A stretch of DNA of 64,000 bases, taken from NCBI RefSeq assembly GCF_009914755.1, contig NC_060932.1; one strand, written 5' to 3'. Made by a program: the position numbers and the translations under genes. This DNA is from the human T2T-CHM13v2.0 reference genome, Homo sapiens. The notes below the pieces were generated by a model. That model was given only the letters and a program-made list of their open reading frames with translations, made no database searches and was not told the origin of the DNA. This document shows, one piece after another, positions 55,662 to 64,000 of this stretch. The number at the start of each line of letters is the position of its first letter. Position 1 is the stretch's first letter.

Positions 55662-58600
55662 AAAAGAAATAGTCAATAGACTCTACTTAAAAGCCCTGAG
55701 CAAGTGTAGAGGCCTAAGTGGGAGGGAAGCAGGCAGGGGGGTTTGCCCAGGAGGGAATGTGCCATAGGGAAAGACTTTTTTTCTTTCAAAGGAACACAAA
55801 GTTACTTGTCAACAAATTAAGTGTTTGACTTAATCTGAATGAGACCAGGCTGAATGAGAGATTTGCTCCTAAGAGATAAGGGTAGACAGGGCAGAGAATT
55901 CCCAAGAAATTACAAAGCAAAACACCCCTGAAAGATTCCTAAGTGACTTTGTTTTGGAGTTCAGGAACAGCTGTTGCCATAACAGGGGAGACTAATCCTC
56001 ATTACCATTACCTAATTGCTTTATGCTAATATGCTCTTGAAAGCATTCCTTTTGCTGTCCCTGTGTGGCTGTGGTTTATTTACTTAAATAAAGAGTTCAA
56101 AAGGTAACTGCCCTTCTTTACACTCAAGGTAAGTCCTCAACACACAACTTGCTGTGGAGTAAAATAGTGATCAAGTTCTAAGGCAGTCTTGAGGGAAGTC
56201 AGATGATCACAATCATTAACGAATGGAAAACACTGTGCTACTGGGTCATTTTTATGGGTTTTACCCATGAATTACTGTTGAATACAAAAGCAATTGGAGA
56301 AAGTTCTAAAAAATAAAAATAAGTCAGTAAGTTTCCTAATCATTCAGCAAAATAATGAAGCCTTGAACAATTATGTCGATGTGATCAAATAATTTTTGAA
56401 AATCATTCTGAGCAACTGGGAATCTAAAGACAAAAGATAAATAAAACAAAATTGGTGTATAAAATTTGAAACTTTGTGAATGTATACAAGCTGAACATAG
56501 TACCAGGTGTCATTTTGGCATAAAAGAGATGATATGTCTCTTTCACTAGGCTGGAAGATCCATACATTAAGAATAACTTGAGAAGCCTTTTAAGGCAAGG
56601 AAGGATGAAGTTGACTGGGCTTTCATAGAAAAACTTTACGGGTTTTTCTTAAAACCCTTAAAGGAAGTTAATACGTATCACACAAAAGGAAAGCACAAAA
56701 TAATCTATGCTTCATAAGGCTGAAGATTATGGTGAACAGGAGGACATATCTTCTTGGTAAAAGGGGAAATAAGATTTGATGACCAGGAGGCATTCAGGTA
56801 GGATGTTGTGGGGATGCATGCTCCAAGAGGATAGAGTGGTAACTGAAGGGAAGGAATGGCAATTCTAAAAGCAACTACACAATGTGATATGAAATGGAAA
56901 GGCAACAGCTTGATGGGGCATCCAATGACATGATCATTGAAGTAGAATGTATATAAGAAAACAGGAAATGAGGGACTAAAAAGAAGAGGAAATGAAGTAA
57001 TAATACATGGGGATTCAGAAGGGTCTGACAGGCTGTGCAGCATTGTGCTATGTCTAAGGGGAAGACGTTCACTTGGGGTTAGAAAAGAAAGCACTAGGGA
57101 TTTCAGGAGGGAAGTCCACTACTGCAACAAGTAGAGAAAATAAAGCACTTGAGTTAGGTAGAGAAGTAAATGTTAAATAATAAAACACACCTCCCAGACT
57201 GAGATTGCTAAGTGAACAAAACCATACTGCAGATAATTAAAAAAAAATCAGATTAGGTTCCAAGCATTAAGAAAGAAAAGGTTAGATCATGAAACACATT
57301 TATATATGTGGAAAAATTCCTTTTTGCTCAATCACATGTATATTATGTTGGGAGATAACAGTGAAAAGTTCAAATGTAATTGAGAATATGTAATTTTCCC
57401 TGTATTCCTTCATGAGTAGTCAAAATAATGTGGAAGCGAGGAGAGGAAACAAGCTTATTTAGTTGAGCAAATTAATTTTTTCTCCCTGTCTTCTGCTTAT
57501 ATATGAAGGGAGAAATATATTCCAATTTTTTGCAAGGTTTTAGAATTTTTCAGTGTTTCTTGATTTTTATTGTGGGGTTGAGAAAGAAGTTACAATGGTA
57601 ATTAGTTTTATAAACATCATGAATATAGATGAATCTTACTTTATGCCACACATCTAGTCCTGAAAACTTGGTTATTGATTATTGTGTAAAGCAAATACTA
57701 TTTCAATTGAACTGAAAGGGAATAATATTTAAAGGAATGATATTAAAGGAATGAATCATTTTGCTTTAATTTTATAATTATTCTTCCTGTGGAAAATTAA
57801 AGAAAACTATTTTGTACTGAAACATTTTTAATGTTAGATATTTATGGCTCAAGTATTTTTGTGTTGAGCTACAATCAGACAGTTACTTTCTGAAAGGAAA
57901 ACTGAGTCAGTGAGTTATGCACAAAATGAGTGAGTTGGTAATACCTGGTCCATCAAGTTCATCTTTCCTCTGATTGGTGCTCAAATGCATGACTAAAAAT
58001 TGTCAATTCTTTGACAATTTTTAAAATTTTAATTAAAAAAATTACTTTAATATTACTGATTACAACTAAAGATGTGTCTACACAATATATATCTTAAAGA
58101 GCTTTACAAAATAGACATTGTTCCATTTAATGCCAAAGCTGAAGCTGAACAACGAAAACAAGTAAAGGTGGGCCTAGGTAATACTGAAATAGCTTTTGTG
58201 GTCTGGATATGTCTCATGTGATCCAATGTATAGAAAAATAACACTGTTACTATTATCCTCATGAATATAAGCATATATATTTGAGTTCAATTTGCCAAGC
58301 TACACTAATAAAAGTAGTCAATATTGTGTCTGGAAAATCCTGGAAGGGGGAAAGTCTTTTCTTTCTCTTTCCTATTGATCCTTCAAAATGCTTTTTTGAC
58401 CTACAGTAACTTAATTTGGGGGCTTAGTGAACGTTATCTTCATAGCTGTTTTCTGAAGAGTGTTTTTAAGATTCAATCATCATAATTAAATCATCAATCA
58501 TTAAACAGAAGTCACTCATATGATTAAAAAATCAGATTTTCTCCTACTCCCAAAGACCAATAAAGAATACAGATCATCTCCTGTTTTGCAATATTTTAAC

Positions 58601-59125
58601 ACTATCATTCATTCTTGTTGAATATTTTTTTCATATAAGACCAATAATACCTATTTTCCCCCAAAAGATCCCTGCAGATTTTTTCTTCCTTAGTCAGATT
58701 CTGTTATAACTATTTCTTACTAGTCAGATACAGTAGAAATTGTGACCGTGAGGACAAACACATTAAGGGAATGGAGGTTAATGCTCTTCCATTCAACAGC
58801 ATTCTGTATATTGTTCTGGTTCATTTCTTCTGGGTATAGAGTGTTGCACCATTATCTCCTAAGCCACAGAGGAAGGAACAGTATTTTAGCGTATGCCACA
58901 GGAAAAACAAATGAAAAGGTGACTAATTCATTTACACACACAAACACACACACTCACACACACACAGGTTTAAGATATTCTCTTAATCAATGTATTTCCA
59001 ATTAAGAGATAGATTCTAGTTTACCTCTTATTAGTAGTCCAAAGGTATAACTTAAATTTTTAAAAGAAGTAATCAATTAATACGTCCCCAAACACTGATA
59101 ATTACTAAAAATTAATTCTCTAGAT

Positions 59126-59324
59126 TTGTGCTGTCAATATGATAGCCACTAGCCATGTGTAGCTACTTAAATTTAAGTTAACTAAATCTAATTTAAAAAT
59201 TACTTCCTTAGTTGCACTAGCCACACTTCAAGTGCTTAATAGCAGCCTTTTGACTTGTGGCTATCATACTGGGTAGCACGCAGAGTACCTTCATCATTGC
59301 AGCAAGCTCTATTGAATAGCCTTG
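59126..59324 (+). mobile_element. MER3-like hAT-Charlie DNA transposon
   Basis: gtgctgtcaata...gccactagccatgtgtagcta...gcactagccacacttcaagtgcttaatagc...; ctctaga duplicated at 59118 and 59325. Confidence 0.85.
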
Positions 59325-59669
59325 CTCTAGAAAATAACATTTTAGCATTTGATCAATGTTATGATTTTTTTCTCATACTTAAGACTCCTGTATGGCTAAG
59401 AAAATAAATTCAAAAATGCAGCAGTGATCCAAGACTATGAGAAAATGTTGAGTGACATAATTCTAAGGCATTAGTGTTTCTAGAGTCAGTCTTCAGCCGA
59501 AACACTGTAACTACTGATAAAAAATTTGCAGTGTTTCTACAACTCTACTGGTGTAGTCAGCTGAAATGCTAATTGTGGTATCACAGTATCACAGGTATAG
59601 GCTCTATGGCTATAACTTCCAGAATTTTGTTTTTTCTTTTTAGAATCTGATGAAAAACGTTATTTAGCT

Positions 59670-60030
59670 ACAGGTCTAATTGGAATGTTCTTTCCTTTTA
59701 TCTTTGCATTGCTCGTTCCTTTATCTGTTTAAACCTCAGCTAAAATGTCACCACTTCAGAAAAGATCCTTCGGAAACTACAGTATCTTCCTTTCCACATA
59801 TCTCAACTCTTAGCATCTATCACATTACCCTGTTTAATTTTCACCTTTGAATTTGTTAATGTCTCAAGTACTTATGTATATTTATGTGATTTTTGACTGT
59901 CCTTTCTTTCTCCCAAATAAAGCTCACCTTAGGAGAGGGATTTTGTGGTGCTCATTGTGGTATTCCCTGATACTAAAAGTCTGCCAGGCAAAGGCAGGCA
60001 CCTTATAAATATTTATTGCATAAATAAATC
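59670..60030 (+). mobile_element. L2 3' fragment
   Basis: ctcagctaaaatgtcaccacttcagaaaag...gggattttgt...aggcaccttataaatatttattgcataaataaat. Confidence 0.6.
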
Positions 60031-63000
60031 AAAAAATGCATTAAATAAGAAATGAAGATTAAAGTTATTCAAAGCAGAAATGTGCTTTTTTGAAATATAA
60101 AGGCATTTTTAAATTAAAAAATACATTGACTTTTCTTTCCCAATTTGATCTTTGCCATTAATATTTACCAAGTTTTATATCGAGATATAGTAACTACAAA
60201 GTTTCATATTGTATGTGTAAGTATACCATCATGAAAGTTAAGTAAAAAGTTAGCCTTTAATGGATGAGACTGACCATCTGTATCTGTAACCCACTCAATT
60301 GGTAGTGAGTATCTCTTGGTGAAACTGGGATGCATGCAAATCTGTGGAAGAATAACAAAGGTATTTAATTCTTCTTAAATATTTCCAAATATTCTAAGGA
60401 AATCCAGTATAAACGGAGGTTTTGCAATGGGCAATGCAGACTGTTTATTGTTTAAGAAAAAAAGGATATAAAAAAGCAGATTTTGGTCAGGGGGACTTTA
60501 ATACTACCCAGGGGACTGTATGTCCTGAAAACTTAACACATGTAACAATGTACAATATCAACTACATGCTAGCAAAACACTGGGAGTATCAGGCTATCAA
60601 AAAATGATTGCTCTAGGGATGCAATTAACATTGTCTAAGTGCTTCAGAAGCCGACTTTTGATTATAATGTGGCTTATAATGCAGAATCTTCTTGAGTATA
60701 ATTAATTCATATTTTCTGTGAGAATTAAAATTCTCACTATAAATTGATAAGTTGCCACTTTGGCCCATCGATCAACCATAACCAGTCTTTTGTGATTTTT
60801 GTTTGTTCAGTGATTCCTTTTAAGCGCGAATCACTGAGACAGCCTGGTCCATAAACCTAAAGACTAGATCTTGATACACAGTGACCCTGAGTACTGAATG
60901 AACTGGCCAGCCACCTTCCTGGCTATGTTTAACATCTTAAAATAGAAAGCAATTCTGATTTACACTACCTTAATGTTGTTTGGTATCCAGATTTTAGCTG
61001 TTCTTTGTACTTCTTTATAAATAAAATTTTAAAATTAAGATAATAATTACATAAATGATGGATGATATTTTAAAATAACCCTCAAGCAGCATTTTTAATA
61101 GCACAGGAGGTCATTTTAGGCTTTACTTAGGTAGGTGAATTACAAATGCTGACATGTTATACCCTGTTTCAGGAGTGTCTGGGTTATGGTTGAACATCAA
61201 ACACAATCTTAAATGATATTTTCCTCCCTTTATTTCTATGTATATACTAGCAATTTCAATGACACTATAAATGTTTCATGTTTGAAGAGTATAACTAGAG
61301 AATTTCAAGGAAACAATCTCTACATGCTATATCAGAATTGGCCCAACACCCACATTGAATTCTCACATTAATATGAAATGCCATAATATTTATTTAGTAT
61401 AAGGCGGGTCTGTCTTGGGCTTAGACCAAGGCAGAGTGTATTACTGGAAATAACAGAAAGAACTCTTTATTTTACATATAACATAACTACATATTGTGAG
61501 TTCTTGGGAAAGTACGATAGTGTATTTTTAATGTGGGATAATTATATTCATTTCTTTTTTTCCAAACATGCTTTAGCCCTGAAATATTCTATGATGGTTT
61601 CTTCCATATAACCCAACAGAATCCTTAACAAGTAAGAGATAAATGTTAGATAACCATAGATTCCACTGATAAATATAACTACCAAAATTATATATAGACT
61701 AACTTATAAAGAAATTATAAATATTTGAAATTATTGATAGTAATTAGAAGAGTGATAAAAAGATTAACTAGTGATATTGTTCACTGATTTTCAAATTAAC
61801 AACCTTTTTAACACTAAATAAGATGGGCTATTGCTTTATTTTTAAAACTGTTTACTGACCATAATTATAAACATGAAGTACACAAAAGAAACAGTATCTT
61901 TCTCCCTTGTGCTATGTTCTGTCTAGTCTTTAGTTTTTGTTGCAAAGATCTAGGGCTAAAAAAACTCTTTATATTTATAGTTTATAAAATATTTTATAAA
62001 ATATTTATGATTTGCAATACGTAGCTATCAAGGAAATTCAAGAGGCAGATACACACCAGTAATACATCTCAAAAGAAGTTATGTCTGTTTTCTCCAGCCA
62101 AAAATTCAAAAATATAATTTCAAACTGAAATGTCAGTAGTAGGAAAATTTGTCCATTTTCTTTCCAGGTCTCATGAAAAACTGTTAGCCCCTTGTACTAC
62201 AGTTAATAGGTTTTACTCTGTGTGTTATGTAAAGCCTGTCTATATGCCAACATGAAAAAGGCCTTTAAAGGGACGTCAGAGCTTCAGAAACTGCTTGTCA
62301 AAAGGATTTCAGTTTTCTTTCTTTGGCCTTCCTAACCACTTTCAAAGGCTTATTTCATTCACAGTACTTTCCATATTATTAATGCATATAGCTTGCAACT
62401 GTAATTCAGGGTGGGCCACATGGTTACAAAATTATAGACAGAGTTGATTAGGTATAAAAATACAAGGCACCGCTCTACAGATTTTACAGTACATTAATAT
62501 TTTACTACTGGCAATGCTTAGTGATATGGAGGAAAAGAAGTCAATAATTTGCTAAAAGACTTTTTTTTTAAAACCATCTATCAATGTTGCCTTGAAATTT
62601 GACTTAAATTTTTGCAAGTTTATTATAACTACAGGTAGACTGAAATGTGTGTGTGTTTTTGTTGTTGTTCTTTAATTTTTTTTTTCCACCAGCAACCTAA
62701 ATAGAAATGGCATGTTAGAAAGTACTAAGAGTCCTGGATTCTGGTTTTGACTCCGATCTCTGACTTTGGTCTTCTATGCATTAGGGTAAGATGCATAACT
62801 CTCATGTCTTACTTCCCCATCCGTACCATGGGGAAAGGATATCTGAATGCCTCTTTCAGTTCAGGCACAAAGTTGTAGTAAAAATGGGGGAACTGACAAG
62901 TTTCCAACTCTGCTTATACCTATTAGAAAATTCACAAGGAGCACCTATTTTATTTATAGATATTTGAAAGATGAACAATACCACCTGATTCATTAGGGAA

Positions 63001-63436
63001 TATTGTTTTGTAAAGTGAGTTTTTGCTCTCATAAATAATACGCTTCAAAACCAAGTACAGCTCTTCCACCTGAATCCATGCCTGATTATCTAATGAGCCT
63101 TTGACAATGTAAGAGTGTCCCTGACAGTACCTTCCTGAATAACCTCATCAAGTTATTTGCTGAGCATTCAAAAGACTTCCCAAATCACTGATTACGTAGA
63201 ATGAATTCATTTAATAAATAACTATTTTCCACCTCCAAAAGCTAGGCGCTATGCTAGGCATTGGAAATGGAGTAGTGAATAAGAGAGTGTATAAGAAAGC
63301 CAACTGTAACTTGTTCAAACTTTAAGCTCAAAACTATATTTTACTATTTATACCTCACAAGATTCCTGAAATATTGGTAAAGGAAAAAAGTAGTGACAAT
63401 GTTGTCTGTTTACACTGTTGTGCAATATTCATTGTA

Positions 63437-63722
63437 CAGATCTACAATCCCTAATCCACAGTTCTAAAACCCAGAGAGCTTGAAAGAAGAACGTTGTTTA
63501 TTGATTTTGGTACAAACTTATTTGGCAGACAATATGATATCAACGATGTGAGAATATTTTAGAGACTATACCAGTTGTTAATAATACTTATAAGTTTCAT
63601 TGAAAGAATATTAATGGGTTTGATTATGAGTTATTTCCCTAGATCCTATGAGATTATTATGGAAGATATATTTTAAAACTGGCTGGCCTTCAGAGTTTTA
63701 GATAATATATCTTCAGACCTGT
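63437..63722 (+). mobile_element. MER46C-like TcMar-Tigger relic
   Basis: cagatctacaatccctaatcc...tttggtacaaacttatttggcag...gaatattaatgggtttgattatg...cagacctg recalled as MER46C-like. Confidence 0.6.
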
Positions 63723-64000
63723 GATGATATTTTAATAACTAATTTTTTAAAACTTAAAAAGTCTTACTTGGATACATTGGCTAATCATAACTTCAGTGTC
63801 CCTATTTCAAATTTGAATGCTGATGGCAATGGCATTATTTTGAACAAAGTTGAGGACTGTATTTCCTGCTTCTAAAATTCTTCAAAGGATCACTGCCATT
63901 TTTTTTTGTCTTTCGTGTTTTAAAAATAAACAAGAGAAATACAACTACTTTGAAAACAAGAAATTTAGGTTCCTAGTCTTTCATCTGAGGCCTTAGGTAT

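Noticed and set aside
57903-57909. Isolated AP-1 heptamers (also at 4334 and 4995)
   Set aside because: Several are expected by chance in 64 kb, and there is no supporting motif cluster.
61981-62000. 20-bp perfect palindrome tttataaaatattttataaa
   Set aside because: Pure A/T low-complexity sequence, readily produced by slippage.

Overview
Primate (almost certainly human) genomic DNA, AT-rich, carrying the 3' part of the MMP16 (MT3-MMP, membrane-type matrix metalloproteinase 16) gene on the minus strand. I could define the last four canonical coding exons with GT-AG boundaries and compatible phases: 42083-41945, 23630-23480, 14136-14021 and 9147-8813. They encode the hemopexin blades, stalk, transmembrane helix and the cytoplasmic tail ending ...RSMQEWV*. 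A long, apparently transposon-free 3' UTR runs from 8812 toward the window start. The introns are filled with Alu, L1, L2, MIR, LTR and DNA-transposon relics. The most notable item is missed by the ORF track: an in-frame alternative terminal exon at 36862-36711 (minus). Its 50-aa tail matches my recollection of the soluble short MMP16 isoform, and it is built from an antisense LTR nested in an old L1, with the stop codon and poly(A) signal supplied by the L1 flank. I found no convincing evidence of a wholly new biological system. Almost all other ORFs in the track are chance or repeat-derived. Exon numbers and repeat subfamily names are from memory and need RepeatMasker/annotation confirmation.
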